Source: Bacteroidales bacterium UBA4181
GTDB taxonomy: Bacteria > Bacteroidota > Bacteroidia > Bacteroidales > UBA4181
DNA: 64,000 nt
Direction: 5' to 3'
Assembly: GCA_002380425.1 (NCBI GenBank)
Contig: DFUR01000105.1
Coordinates: 7,614-71,613 of the forward strand
The position numbers were made by a program, and so were the translations under genes. This document shows, piece after piece, positions 17,955 through 27,859 of the stretch. The notes beneath the pieces are model-generated. The model did no database searches. It was not told where the DNA came from and worked only from the letters and a program-made list of their open reading frames with translations. Within the stretch, counting starts at the first letter, position 1. Each line of letters opens with the position of its first letter.

Positions 17955-19608
17955 GCAGCACTTCCTGTCCTACACGGGTAACTGTTCCGTCCGGATGATA
18001 CTCGTACAGGACTACAAACAGGGGTGCCGAGTCGGTTTTCCTTCCCGGAGCGACAAGCACAAAGTTCAGGGATGCCGCGCCGTCTGTCCAGGTTCCGCTG
18101 TTGGCATAGACCGTTTTCTTTTGCTGCAGATTGGTCCCGGCCTGGATCAGGGGCTGGTGGCTGTGGCCAAAAATAACCACCCTTTGTCCTGTGCCGGAAT
18201 TTCTGAAGAACTGTCTGTCGGCTTGTGCATCCAGATAAGTGTGGTCCACTCCGGACATCATGGCATCCTGAACCCCTGTAGGTATGCGAACCAGGTTGGC
18301 GTTCTGTCTCTGAGGCCAGGTATCCTCAATCCCTTTGAACAGTACTACATCCCATCGCCCATTTGCCGGGTTCCTTTGCGGAACCAGATCGTTGATGGCG
18401 TAAGGGCCGGCGTATCCGTCTATGCCGGTCACAATGATTTTTTCAGAAGGGTCCTCCGATACAGGGATGTTGTTCATGATCAGCGACCAGGCTTGCCGGT
18501 ACAGATTGTACTGATAATTATCTGCAGGTCCGGCAGCTTTCAGGGGTGCGAAGGCACTCTTGTTCATCTGTGAACTGATGGCCATCCTGGAGACAAAGAA
18601 GCCAGGTGGCAGGATGGCATCCGGATGCGTGGACAGGTCCCGGTTCGACAGCGGGTCCGGGGCGTTGAAGAAGTCGTATCGATGCCCGTGCTCGATGAGG
18701 ACCTCGGGCAGGTCTTCAGGGGTGTACGCCCCCAATCCCCGAACGTCTCTTGCCTGAATGATTCCGGGAAACAGTTGTTCCATGATAGCTTCACTCACCA
18801 GCATGTCGTGGTTCCCGGGGATATAGACCACCCGGATTTGCTCTGTGGAGATTATATTCTTGAGGATATCCGTGACGGCCTGATTGGTCTGGACCACGTC
18901 CTGCAGAAAACTGACCTCTGAGCCTCCGGCAAAGGGATGTACAGACATCGGGGCAACCCACTCTTCCAGAATATCGCCGTTCAGTACCACTTCGCGGACA
19001 TTGGGTGCGCTTCCTGCGGCATCCAGAAAGGCAGAGAGCCGGGCGCGGTTCTCCTGCATCCATCCGTAACCCTGCGCGATACTGCGGGAATCACCCAGAT
19101 GCAGATCGCTGATACAAATAGTGAAAATCCTGGACCCTTGCAGTCCCTCGACTTCTGTTGGGCCTGGGACAAAATTATAGCCGGTGGCAAAATACCGGCG
19201 CAATCCGTTGGAAACAGCAGTGCCTCCCTGGGAGGAAAGCCCTTCGGGAATAGAAATCTCATACACCTCTCCCGGGGGAAAGATTGCCTCATCTTGCAGG
19301 CTCAGCGTGAATTGTTCCGGATGGTCCGGAACCGGGGTGACCAGGCACGGAATGAGTTCCCGACCGCCGCCTGAGAGCATTCTGAATACCTGAGCCCCGG
19401 CCGCAACTTCTGCCGGGTCAACCGCTTCGTTGAAGGTGATGGTAACAGTAGGGACGGAATACAACACCACAGGAGCATCCTCTTGCTCCGAAAGCACCGG
19501 ACTGGTGCGGATTGTCAGCCGCGACCCGTCTCCGTCAGAACAGGCTGTCAACAGCCAGAAGGTCAGGCATAGCCATACGCTAGAGCCAAAAGATAAGCGC
19601 CTGCTCAT
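17947..19608 (-). CDS. secreted lipoprotein: N-terminal Ig-like domain plus calcineurin-like metallophosphoesterase
   Basis: It has a lipobox (LLTACSDG), an SbsA-type Ig segment (VTITFNEAVDPAEV) and the metallophosphoesterase motifs ISDLHLGD, NGDILEEW, IPGNHD, EHGHRYD and GHSH. Confidence 0.75.
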   Translation of the reverse strand: MSRRLSFGSSVWLCLTFWLLTACSDGDGSRLTIRTSPVLSEQEDAPVVLYSVPTVTITFNEAVDPAEVAAGAQVFRMLSGGGRELIPCLVTPVPDHPEQFTLSLQDEAIFPPGEVYEISIPEGLSSQGGTAVSNGLRRYFATGYNFVPGPTEVEGLQGSRIFTICISDLHLGDSRSIAQGYGWMQENRARLSAFLDAAGSAPNVREVVLNGDILEEWVAPMSVHPFAGGSEVSFLQDVVQTNQAVTDILKNIISTEQIRVVYIPGNHDMLVSEAIMEQLFPGIIQARDVRGLGAYTPEDLPEVLIEHGHRYDFFNAPDPLSNRDLSTHPDAILPPGFFVSRMAISSQMNKSAFAPLKAAGPADNYQYNLYRQAWSLIMNNIPVSEDPSEKIIVTGIDGYAGPYAINDLVPQRNPANGRWDVVLFKGIEDTWPQRQNANLVRIPTGVQDAMMSGVDHTYLDAQADRQFFRNSGTGQRVVIFGHSHQPLIQAGTNLQQKKTVYANSGTWTDGAASLNFVLVAPGRKTDSAPLFVVLYEYHPDGTVTRVGQEVLLR

Positions 19609-19615
19609 GATTGGT

Positions 19616-20986
19616 TCAGGGTGTGGTTAGCCAGGACTCTTGTGCTGAGACGGTGCCGGCCTCTTTTGTGCCCGTGCCAAATTGTTTCATAATCCATTCC
19701 TGCGCCAGAATGATGTCCTCTCCGGAGCGTGAATGTCCGTTGGCTGGCCGGGGATGTATTTCCTTGGGTGCAGTAACCACATTATAGGCTGAATAGGTGG
19801 AGGTGGGGGGACAGGTTCCGTCGTTAAAGCCCCAGGAATAGAAGCCCGGAACCTTGATTCCGCGCGCGAAATTGACGGCATCGAAGTATTTTGATGTATT
19901 CACCTTGGCTGTGGTGAAGTGGCGCTGCCATTTACTGGGAGCGAACATATGCGGCCAACCCCCGGCCCTGCCGTAGAAGTAACCCGTCAAATCGCAGAGT
20001 GCAGGGAAAAAGCACACTAATGCCTGAATGCGGTTGTCCAGACCGGCGGTCACCAGCGACAACCCTCCTCCCTGGCTGCCCCCGGTAACCGCGATATGTT
20101 TCCCGTCATATTGCGGGAGCGAAGTGAGCATATCCACCGAGCGCACGCAGCCCATGTAAACTCTGCGGTAATAGTAAGTTTCCCGGTCGTCCAGATTGTA
20201 TTCGGCATATCCGGCACTATTGTCCAGAGCCCCTTGTCTGAGCGCGTTGTACAGTTCGTCGGGTAGGTTCACCGGAACGCCATGGATGCCCATCTCAAAG
20301 GTGATAAATCCTTTCTCGGCCATCTTGACATCGCCTTGATAGGCGCGGGCACCGGCACCGGGAACCACCAGCACGGCAGGATATTTTCCTTCGGCCTTGG
20401 GCACACACAGCATGCCATAAACGCGACCCGCGATATTGCGGGCACTGGCGTGATACACATTCACTTTATCGGTGCACCTTTCGGGTACCAGATCCATCTT
20501 AAGGTCCAGCGGAATACGGGCAAGTTCCTGCTTGTTCCGTTCCCAGAAGGCTGTGAAATCATCAGGCAGCGTTGTGGTGGGCACAATGGCCAGAGGGTCA
20601 AAGCCCAGCGTAACGGTGCTGCTGGCAAATTTTCCGGTCAGCGTGGCATTCACATTGCAACGGATAAAACCCGGCTTGTACATAGTTCCCACCTCAATCA
20701 CGCCCTTGCCGTTTACGATCCGAACCGAATCGGTACGAAACACCGGCATCTTGTCTTCCATCAACTGGAATCGTACGTAGGCATCCTTGACTGGTTTGCC
20801 TTCATCGGAGAGCTCCACCTGAAGTTTAGCCTGTTCCCCACGCCGGTATTCCCAGTTGGAGTGGTCCGGGGTAACCGTCATCTGCAAGGAAGAGCGTCCA
20901 GGAAACTGAGCAGAGACACTCAGAGAACAAATCAAAATCAACAGGGCAACCGCCCCGGTCCGGGTAATGTGACAGTAGGTTCTCAT
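19616..20986 (-). CDS. acetyl xylan esterase / cephalosporin-C deacetylase-like (AXE1 family) serine hydrolase
   Basis: It has a signal peptide, an N-terminal beta-sandwich, and an alpha/beta hydrolase domain with the nucleophile elbow GGSQGG. The PDDFTAFWE motif is typical of AXE1. Confidence 0.8.
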   Translation of the reverse strand: MRTYCHITRTGAVALLILICSLSVSAQFPGRSSLQMTVTPDHSNWEYRRGEQAKLQVELSDEGKPVKDAYVRFQLMEDKMPVFRTDSVRIVNGKGVIEVGTMYKPGFIRCNVNATLTGKFASSTVTLGFDPLAIVPTTTLPDDFTAFWERNKQELARIPLDLKMDLVPERCTDKVNVYHASARNIAGRVYGMLCVPKAEGKYPAVLVVPGAGARAYQGDVKMAEKGFITFEMGIHGVPVNLPDELYNALRQGALDNSAGYAEYNLDDRETYYYRRVYMGCVRSVDMLTSLPQYDGKHIAVTGGSQGGGLSLVTAGLDNRIQALVCFFPALCDLTGYFYGRAGGWPHMFAPSKWQRHFTTAKVNTSKYFDAVNFARGIKVPGFYSWGFNDGTCPPTSTYSAYNVVTAPKEIHPRPANGHSRSGEDIILAQEWIMKQFGTGTKEAGTVSAQESWLTTP

Positions 20987-21000
20987 AAGGGATAAATTAT

Positions 21001-22233
21001 CTAAAACTGGTGGACTATTTGGTTGCGGAGCAGGTTATCCAGCGTTTCCCTTTCGCGGATCAGCAGGTCCTTACCCTTGTGGATCATCACTTCTGCGGGG
21101 CGCAACCGGGAATTGTAGTTCGAAGCCATGCTGAACCCGTAGGCCCCCGCGTTCAGGAAAACCAGGTAATCCCCCTCGCGCACCTCCGGAAGTTCCCGTT
21201 CCCATGCAAAGGTATCGGTTTCGCAGATATAACCCACTACAGAATATGGTTTTACGGCACCTTCTGGATTGGAGATATTCACGATGTGATGGTACGCATC
21301 GTAAAACATAGGCCTGATCAGGTGGTTCTGTCCGCTGTTGACGCCAGCAAATACGGTCAGCGGGGTCTCCTTAATCACATTCACCCTGGTGATGAAATAC
21401 CCGGCTGTGCTCACCAGGAATTTCCCGGGTTCAAAGATCAGGGTCAGGTTTTTCCCGTACTGATCACAAAATTGGTTGAACCTTTCGGAGAGCAGCCGCC
21501 CAAGTTCCTCGATGTCGGTTTCGTAATCTCCCGGTTTGTAAGGAACCTTGAATCCGCTCCCCATGTCGATAAACTCCAGTTGGGGGAAACTGCCTGCAAC
21601 ATCGAACAGAACTTCTGCGCTCTTCAAAAAGATACTGATGTCCAGAATATCCGAGCCGGTGTGCATGTGAAGTCCCCGGACGTGCAGGCGGTATTGGTTC
21701 ACCAGGTCCAGAATCTGAGGCAATTGCTGAAAAGAGATGCCAAATTTTGAACCCTTGTGTCCGGTGGAAATCTTGGCGTGACCTCCTCCCATCACATGGG
21801 GGTTGATCCGGATGGAAACAGGGACTGATGAACTGTACTTCTTTCCAAACTTCTCCAGCAGCGAGAGGCTGTCCAACGTTACGGGAACCTTGAGCCCTAC
21901 GGCCTGGTAGGCTTCCTCGGGGTGAATCCCGCTGGGGGTGAAAGAAATCTTCTCAGCGGCAAAACCAGCCTTGAGGCCGATCTGGACTTCCTGTATGGAT
22001 ACGGCATCCAGACCAGCACCCAGTTGATTGAAAAATTTCAGGATGTTGATGTTGGTGAGTGCCTTACAGGCATAATTCAGCCGAAGCCGTACCCCCGGAA
22101 AGGCATTCATCAGTCTTTGATACTGCCTTTCCATGTTGGCTGTATCGTAGAGATACAGTGGAGAACCATATTTTTCAGCCAGAGCGGTGAGTTTCAAGCT
22201 CTGGATTTCATATTGACCTTCAACAAATTCCAT
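21001..22233 (-). CDS. lysA: diaminopimelate decarboxylase
   Basis: 410 aa fold-III PLP decarboxylase with GSPLYLYD, the PLP-lysine region NYACKAL, HMHTGS, and CETD near the C-terminus. Confidence 0.9.
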   Translation of the reverse strand: MEFVEGQYEIQSLKLTALAEKYGSPLYLYDTANMERQYQRLMNAFPGVRLRLNYACKALTNINILKFFNQLGAGLDAVSIQEVQIGLKAGFAAEKISFTPSGIHPEEAYQAVGLKVPVTLDSLSLLEKFGKKYSSSVPVSIRINPHVMGGGHAKISTGHKGSKFGISFQQLPQILDLVNQYRLHVRGLHMHTGSDILDISIFLKSAEVLFDVAGSFPQLEFIDMGSGFKVPYKPGDYETDIEELGRLLSERFNQFCDQYGKNLTLIFEPGKFLVSTAGYFITRVNVIKETPLTVFAGVNSGQNHLIRPMFYDAYHHIVNISNPEGAVKPYSVVGYICETDTFAWERELPEVREGDYLVFLNAGAYGFSMASNYNSRLRPAEVMIHKGKDLLIRERETLDNLLRNQIVHQF

Positions 22234-22235
22234 TG

Positions 22236-22793
22236 TTATTTTTTTACAGATACAAATTTATAGTCTGCCGAAACATTGCCCCGGATCATCTGGTTGAGTT
22301 TGCCGGTGAGCAGTTTGCGGCGGATGGGAGAGATGTGGTCTATGAAGAGTTTTCCCTCCAGATGGTCATACTCGTGTTGCACAATGCGGGCAGCGTAGCC
22401 CTCGAAACGATCATCGTGAAAGACCAGATGTTCGTCGTAGTAGGACATCTGCACCCAGTCAGGCCGCCGGACCTCTTCGCGGATACCGGGAAGGCTCAGG
22501 CATCCCTCAGAGACCAGAGCTGTATCGGTGCCTCTTTCGGAAATGTGCGGGTTGATGAGCACCTTGACAAAATCGGACATCGAAGGATCATCCTCGGCAA
22601 GACTGCGTCCGTCAATCACAATCAGCCGGATGCTTTTCCCAATCTGAGGAGCCGCCAGACCAACCCCGTCGGAGTGGTACATGGTCTCGAACATATTTGC
22701 AATCAAATCCTTCAGCCAGGGACTGTCCGGAGGAATGTCCTCTGACACCCTGCGCAACAGAGGCCAGCCATACAGGTATATGGGGAGAATCAT
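22236..22793 (-). CDS. def: peptide deformylase
   Basis: All three Def motifs are present: [18 protein letters not shown] and QHEYDHLEG. Confidence 0.95.
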   Translation of the reverse strand: MILPIYLYGWPLLRRVSEDIPPDSPWLKDLIANMFETMYHSDGVGLAAPQIGKSIRLIVIDGRSLAEDDPSMSDFVKVLINPHISERGTDTALVSEGCLSLPGIREEVRRPDWVQMSYYDEHLVFHDDRFEGYAARIVQHEYDHLEGKLFIDHISPIRRKLLTGKLNQMIRGNVSADYKFVSVKK

Positions 22794-23227
22794 GCTTCCG
22801 TGATATTGATTTGCACAATCTTGTCACCGGGGCGGATGGCATCAATCACCTCCAGGCCATCAAACACCTTTCCGAAGCAGGTGTGCCTGCGGTCCAGATG
22901 GGCTGTGTTGGTCCGGTTGTGACAGATAAAAAACTGTGAACCGCCGGTGTCCTTCCCGGCATGAGCCATGGAAAGCACTCCACGGTCGTGGTACTGACTG
23001 TTCCCCTGGGTCTCGCATTTGATGGCGTACCCCGGTCCTCCGGTTCCGGTACCCAGAGGACATCCCCCCTGAATGACAAAATCCGGAATGACCCTATGAA
23101 ATGTGAGTCCGTTGTAGAACCCTGATTTCGAAAGTTTTACAAAATTTTCAACCGTTCCGGGGGCATCCTGCGAAAACAGGGATGCCTTCATGGTTCCTTT
23201 TTCAGTGATGATTTCAGCTTGCAACAT
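22790..23227 (-). CDS. cyclophilin-type peptidyl-prolyl cis-trans isomerase
   Basis: [29 protein letters not shown] and [11 protein letters not shown] are classic cyclophilin motifs. Length is 145 aa. Confidence 0.95.
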   Translation of the reverse strand: MLQAEIITEKGTMKASLFSQDAPGTVENFVKLSKSGFYNGLTFHRVIPDFVIQGGCPLGTGTGGPGYAIKCETQGNSQYHDRGVLSMAHAGKDTGGSQFFICHNRTNTAHLDRRHTCFGKVFDGLEVIDAIRPGDKIVQINITEA

Positions 23228-23233
23228 AACTTC

Positions 23234-23659
23234 TTATTCCTTGTTTGATTTTTTCCATTCCAGATAACTCTGCAAAAGCAATACCGAACTCACCTGATCA
23301 ATCATGGCTTTGTCGCTGCGACGCGATTTCTTCAGCCCGCCTTCCACCATACTCCGGAACGCGATTCTTGAAGTAAACCGTTCATCGTATAGGACTACAG
23401 GGATTTGGGGAATAAGCTGGGTGAGCTTCCGGACAAACGGGGTGATCAGTTCCATCGTGGGGGATTCGGAGCCGTCCAGCATGGCTGGGTGTCCGACCAC
23501 AATCTCGTCCACCTGTTCGCGGTTGGTGTACTGCTGCAGTACCGGTATCGCCTCCTGAGTGGGAAAAGTTCCCATAACGCCTGCGATGATTTGCAGGGGA
23601 TCGGTAACCGCAATTCCGGTACGTTTTTTGCCGAAGTCAACAGCGATGATTCGTCCCAA
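23234..23659 (-). CDS. ruvX: Holliday-junction resolvase-like / pre-16S rRNA nuclease RuvX (YqgF)
   Basis: MGRIIAVDFGKKRTGIAVTD and LYDERFTS are typical YqgF motifs. Length is 141 aa. Confidence 0.9.
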   Translation of the reverse strand: MGRIIAVDFGKKRTGIAVTDPLQIIAGVMGTFPTQEAIPVLQQYTNREQVDEIVVGHPAMLDGSESPTMELITPFVRKLTQLIPQIPVVLYDERFTSRIAFRSMVEGGLKKSRRSDKAMIDQVSSVLLLQSYLEWKKSNKE

Positions 23660-23678
23660 AGTATGTACTTTAACACCG

Positions 23679-23686
23679 CAAAAGTA
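23679..23686 (-). promoter_or_regulatory. candidate Bacteroidota -7 box TACTTTTG for ruvX
   Basis: The plus strand reads CAAAAGTA, a match to TAnnTTTG on the minus strand 20 nt upstream of the ruvX ATG. I found no good -33 TTTG. Confidence 0.35.
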
Positions 23687-23707
23687 ATAAAAAATTGAGT
23701 TTTTTAT

Positions 23708-23715
23708 TAACTTTG
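23708..23715 (+). promoter_or_regulatory. candidate Bacteroidota -7 box TAACTTTG for fba
   Basis: An exact TAnnTTTG match lies 41 nt upstream of the fba ATG in an AT-rich divergent intergenic region. The -33 element is not obvious. Confidence 0.4.
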
Positions 23716-23755
23716 GCGCCTGATTGAAAGAACCTAACCTTAAAGACTGATAAAA

Positions 23756-24748
23756 ATGATTTCTTACAAAGATCTGGGCCTGGTTAATTCCAAAGACCTA
23801 TTCCGGAACGCAATGGCCGGTAAGTATGCCATTCCTGCGTTTAATTTTAACAATATGGAGCAGATGCAGGCCATCATTCAGGCCTGTGTGGAAACCAAGT
23901 CGCCCGTGATCCTTCAGGTGTCCAGTGGTGCCCGCAAGTATGCCAACCAAACCTTGCTTCGTTATATGGCTCAGGGAGCTGTTGAATATGCCAAGGAACT
24001 GGGATTCTCTGTACCGGTGGTACTCCATCTGGATCATGGAGATTCTTTTGAGCTTTGCAAGTCCTGCATTGACTTTGGATTTTCCTCTGTGATGATTGAT
24101 GGTTCCCACTTCTCCTATGATGAGAATGTAGCTCTGACCCGTAAGGTGGTGGAGTACGCGCATGCTCACGATGTGACCGTTGAAGGGGAACTCGGAGTGC
24201 TGGCCGGGGTGGAAGATGAAGTTTCCGCTGAGCACCACACTTATACCCGTCCTGAAGAAGTGGAGGATTTTGTGAACAAGACCGGGGTGGATTCTCTGGC
24301 CATTTCCATCGGCACCTCCCATGGGGCAAACAAATTCAAACCTGAACAGTGCTCCCGCAATGCAGAGGGCGTTCTGGTGCCGCCCCCGCTTCGTTTCGAT
24401 ATTCTCGAAGAGATCGAGCGCCGCATCCCTGGGTTTGCTATCGTGCTGCATGGCGCTTCTTCCGTACCCCAGGAATATGTTGCCACCATCAACAAATACG
24501 GAGGTGCTCTTAAGGATGCTGTCGGGATTCCCGAAGAGCAATTGCGCAGGGCTGCCGCTTCGGCAGTGTGTAAAATCAATATTGACAGCGATGGGCGTCT
24601 GGCCATGACTGCTGCAGTACGTGAGGTGTTTGCCAACAAACCTGGTGAGTTTGACCCCCGCAAGTATCTGGGCCCTGCCCGTGATTCCCTTAAGGAACTA
24701 TACAAGCACAAAATCGTCAATGTGCTGGGTAGCGCAGGGAAGGCGTAG
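23756..24748 (+). CDS. fba: class II fructose-1,6-bisphosphate aldolase
   Basis: 330 aa. PAFNFNNMEQMQAIIQA, the zinc ligands in LHLDHG, and GTSHGA are typical of class II FBA. Confidence 0.95.
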   Translation: MISYKDLGLVNSKDLFRNAMAGKYAIPAFNFNNMEQMQAIIQACVETKSPVILQVSSGARKYANQTLLRYMAQGAVEYAKELGFSVPVVLHLDHGDSFELCKSCIDFGFSSVMIDGSHFSYDENVALTRKVVEYAHAHDVTVEGELGVLAGVEDEVSAEHHTYTRPEEVEDFVNKTGVDSLAISIGTSHGANKFKPEQCSRNAEGVLVPPPLRFDILEEIERRIPGFAIVLHGASSVPQEYVATINKYGGALKDAVGIPEEQLRRAAASAVCKINIDSDGRLAMTAAVREVFANKPGEFDPRKYLGPARDSLKELYKHKIVNVLGSAGKA

Positions 24749-24762
24749 AACTCTTTGCAGAC

Positions 24763-24800
24763 AAAAAAACCGCTTCCGGGTCCGGAGGCGGTTTTTTTTT
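24763..24800. terminator. bidirectional intrinsic terminator between convergent fba and asd
   Basis: An A7 run, an 8-bp GC-rich stem (CCGCTTCC/GGAGGCGG) with a 6-nt loop, and a T9 run. Confidence 0.85.
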
Positions 24801-24818
24801 GACATCACAGCCGAAGTT

Positions 24819-25826
24819 CTAGAACAATCGGTTCTTGCACATGTATTCAGCAATCTGAACGGCATTCAGGGCTGCTCCCTTGCGAATCTGATCCCCCACG
24901 CACCAGAAATGGATGCCGTTAGGTGTGGTCAGATCCTGGCGGATGCGGCCCACGAATACGTCGTCCTGATCAGCCACAAACAGAGGCATAGGATAGACAG
25001 AGGAAGCCGGTTCGTCCTGAACCTTAAGTCCTTCGGCCTGCTCCATGGCTGCGCGCACCCGGGCGGCATCCAAGGCCTGCTCCGTCTCCACCCAGACAGC
25101 TTCGGAGTGTGCCCGTAAAACCGGCACCCGGATGGTGGAAGCACTCACAGTCATTTCCGAATGGAAAATCTTGCGGGTTTCGTGGTGCATCTTCATTTCT
25201 TCCTTGGTGTAACCATTGTCGGTAAACACATCAATCTGGGGAATCAGGTTGAAGGCCAACTGGTATTTGAACTTTTCAATCGTCACCGGATCACCGTCCA
25301 TCACCTGACGAATCTGTGTCTTGAGTTCCTCCATGGCGGCTGCGCCGGCTCCGCTGGCGGCCTGATAGGTGGCGGCATGAATGCGGCGGATGGGGGAGAG
25401 GTCCTGAATGGGTTTCAGGGCCACGCACATGATGATGGTGGAGCAGTTGGGATTGGCAATCACATTCCGGGGGCGGATGCGGCAATCCTCAGCGTTGACC
25501 TCCGGGACTACCAGGGGGACATCGGCATCCATACGGAAAGCGCTGGAGTTGTCAATCATGACAGTTCCGTATTGGGTGATGGTGTGCTCAAACTCGCGGG
25601 AAACTCCGGCTCCCGCTGAAGTAAGTGCCAGGTCAATCCCCTTGAAATCATCGTTGTGCTTGATTTCCTTGACAGTATAGCTCTTCCCCCGGAACTGGTA
25701 GACTGATCCTGCACTGCGGGAGGATCCGAACAACACCAACTCATCAACAGGGAAATTCCTTTGCTCCAGAACCTTAAGAAATTCCTGGCCTACAGCTCCA
25801 CTCGTGCCAACAATCGCTACTTTCAT
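24819..25826 (-). CDS. asd: aspartate-semialdehyde dehydrogenase
   Basis: It has the NAD-binding motif [16 protein letters not shown] and the active-site cysteine in ANPNCSTI. Length is 335 aa. Confidence 0.95.
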   Translation of the reverse strand: MKVAIVGTSGAVGQEFLKVLEQRNFPVDELVLFGSSRSAGSVYQFRGKSYTVKEIKHNDDFKGIDLALTSAGAGVSREFEHTITQYGTVMIDNSSAFRMDADVPLVVPEVNAEDCRIRPRNVIANPNCSTIIMCVALKPIQDLSPIRRIHAATYQAASGAGAAAMEELKTQIRQVMDGDPVTIEKFKYQLAFNLIPQIDVFTDNGYTKEEMKMHHETRKIFHSEMTVSASTIRVPVLRAHSEAVWVETEQALDAARVRAAMEQAEGLKVQDEPASSVYPMPLFVADQDDVFVGRIRQDLTTPNGIHFWCVGDQIRKGAALNAVQIAEYMCKNRLF

Positions 25827-25832
25827 CGTACT

Positions 25833-25864
25833 ATTGATTTAATAAATTAATCATATTACCTTTG
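25833..25864 (+). promoter_or_regulatory. candidate promoter of the LTD-protein gene: aTTG-N20-TACCTTTG
   Basis: An exact -7 TAnnTTTG match lies at 25857..25864. A near-consensus -33 (ATTG) sits 20 nt upstream, and the gene ATG is 62 nt downstream. Confidence 0.4.
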
Positions 25865-25925
25865 TGGGGTACGCACTATTATTTGAGTACAAAAATAAAT
25901 TATTTTTTAACATTAACTAATTACC

Positions 25926-27803
25926 ATGAAAAGCAGCATGTTCAAGTATCTTCTGGCCTTCCTGGGGGTGGGGGCCGCCTGTGTGGCTTCGGCACAAGAC
26001 CGGGTGTGGGAGTTTGCAGTAACGCTTTCCTCCGAAACTTCCTCTGAAAATTATGTGCGCATCTATCTGGATGCTGATCTTCCCGATCTGGCGGGTCCTG
26101 TCAACGGGCACTATGTCCGGGTGGGACATGACCAAAAGCAATTGTGCCTCTTCAGGCAGTCGGGACCGGCCGATACCCTCCTGTTGGCTGCCACTCCAAA
26201 CAGTCTTGCAGCAGGGTCCCGGGTGTCTTTCCGGGTGGAGCGCACCCCTGAAGGGGAATGGTTCCTTTTTGCCGATTATCAGCAGACGGGATCATTCACT
26301 TATGAAGGACAATGTGTGGATGATGTGACCACCGTTGGTCCGTACTCCGGGTTGGTAAAAGTATGTTCGTGGCCGGACACCTCGGCGACGTCCAGGGATG
26401 CCTTACTGGTTGAACGGATCTATGTTCCACAGATTCCCGATTATCAGCCTCAGAGGGGTGATATTCTCATCTCCGAAGTCATGGCTGATCCCGATCCTGT
26501 CGTGGGCCAGCCCGCCTACGAGTATGTGGAGCTCTTTAACCGTTCCGGGCGGGACATTCCCCTCAACGGTTGGGTATTCCAGTCCGGTTCGGTGACCAAG
26601 ACCCTTCCCTCTCTGGTTCTTCCAGCGGGTCAGTATCTTGTGCTGACTCATGTGGATGGGGTTGGCTCGTTCCCCGACAGCATCCGCAAAGTGGGCCTGT
26701 TCACCAATACTTACAGCATTGCCAATGAGTCCTGCCCGCTGGCATTGCTACATTCTTCCGGGGATACTGTTGACAGGGTGACGTACGAAGCTCGACTGCA
26801 CACGGTGACCGCCCGTAAGAACGGAGGCTGGTCTGTGGAGCGTGATTCTCTGGAGAGCCCGGAATTGTCCCTGTGGCATTCCTGTGAGCATCCTTCAGGT
26901 GGAACCCCCGGCGTGGCCAACTCATGGACTGAGGTGATTCCCGATGACCCGGACGAACCACAGAATGCATCGGCTTATGATGTGGTTATAAACGAAATCA
27001 TGGCAGACCCTGATCCTGTTACCGGGTTGCCCGCCTTCGAATACGTGGAGTTGTACAACAGGACAGATACGGTGATCCGGCTTCAGGCATGGACTTTTAG
27101 CATGGGAACCACAGTTAAAGTGTTCCCGGCCTGTTCTATCCAGCCTGGCGGCTACCTGCTGTTGGCGCATGCCGATGCGGTGGAACAACTCTCGCCCTTT
27201 GGTCAGACGCTGGCACTGTTCACATCTAAGACCAGCCTTACCAACGATGGTCAGGCCCTGGTCCTGAAGGATGCTGCAGGTACCGTGATCTCGGCTGTTA
27301 CTTACGCCAAGTCCTGGTATGGAAGTGCCGCCAAGTCCGATGGCGGCTGGTCTCTGGAACAGAAGAACCCTCAGGCTCAGCCATCGGTAGCCTCCAACTG
27401 GCTGGCCTCTGCTGACCTGAGCGGAGGCACTCCGGGACGCCGGAATTCCCATACGCCGGAATCACCTGATGAACCAGGTGAAGAACGACGTTTTGTGTTC
27501 TCCATGGCTTCGGATGTGTTTTCACCCAATCAGGATGGCTATCAGGATCAGCTGGAAGCTTTCTGGCGTTGCGACAAGCCAGGGTACAAGCTCGAATCGG
27601 CCCTGTTCAACACCGTGGGACAGCGGGTACGGTGGCTGGTGCAGCATCAGGATGTGCCGGTGGAGGGAGCGCTCACCTGGGACGGCAAGAATGACAGTGG
27701 TGCCCTTATGCCTGTTGGAGTGTATATCCTCTATGTGCGTTTCTACCACAGCGATGGCACTGTCAGGGATTACAAGTGGCCCTGTGTGCTGTCCCTGCCC
27801 TAA
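25926..27803 (+). CDS. secreted protein with two lamin-tail domains (LTD) and a C-terminal Ig/FlgD-like sorting-type domain
   Basis: It has a signal peptide. The LTD signature occurs twice (LISEVMADPDPVVGQPAYEYVELFN and VINEIMADPDPVTGLPAFEYVELYN, each ending in SGGTPG). The C-terminus carries FSPNQDGYQD...W(D)GKND. Confidence 0.7.
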   Translation: MKSSMFKYLLAFLGVGAACVASAQDRVWEFAVTLSSETSSENYVRIYLDADLPDLAGPVNGHYVRVGHDQKQLCLFRQSGPADTLLLAATPNSLAAGSRVSFRVERTPEGEWFLFADYQQTGSFTYEGQCVDDVTTVGPYSGLVKVCSWPDTSATSRDALLVERIYVPQIPDYQPQRGDILISEVMADPDPVVGQPAYEYVELFNRSGRDIPLNGWVFQSGSVTKTLPSLVLPAGQYLVLTHVDGVGSFPDSIRKVGLFTNTYSIANESCPLALLHSSGDTVDRVTYEARLHTVTARKNGGWSVERDSLESPELSLWHSCEHPSGGTPGVANSWTEVIPDDPDEPQNASAYDVVINEIMADPDPVTGLPAFEYVELYNRTDTVIRLQAWTFSMGTTVKVFPACSIQPGGYLLLAHADAVEQLSPFGQTLALFTSKTSLTNDGQALVLKDAAGTVISAVTYAKSWYGSAAKSDGGWSLEQKNPQAQPSVASNWLASADLSGGTPGRRNSHTPESPDEPGEERRFVFSMASDVFSPNQDGYQDQLEAFWRCDKPGYKLESALFNTVGQRVRWLVQHQDVPVEGALTWDGKNDSGALMPVGVYILYVRFYHSDGTVRDYKWPCVLSLP

Positions 27804-27827
27804 GGGATTCTAGCCCGACAGTTTTTC

Positions 27828-27859
27828 GCCCCGGAGGTATGAGGTGCCTCCGGGGCTTT
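27828..27859 (+). terminator. intrinsic terminator-like hairpin after the LTD gene
   Basis: A 10-bp perfect stem (GCCCCGGAGG/CCTCCGGGGC) with a 9-nt loop is followed by TTTG. The U-tract is short. Confidence 0.55.
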
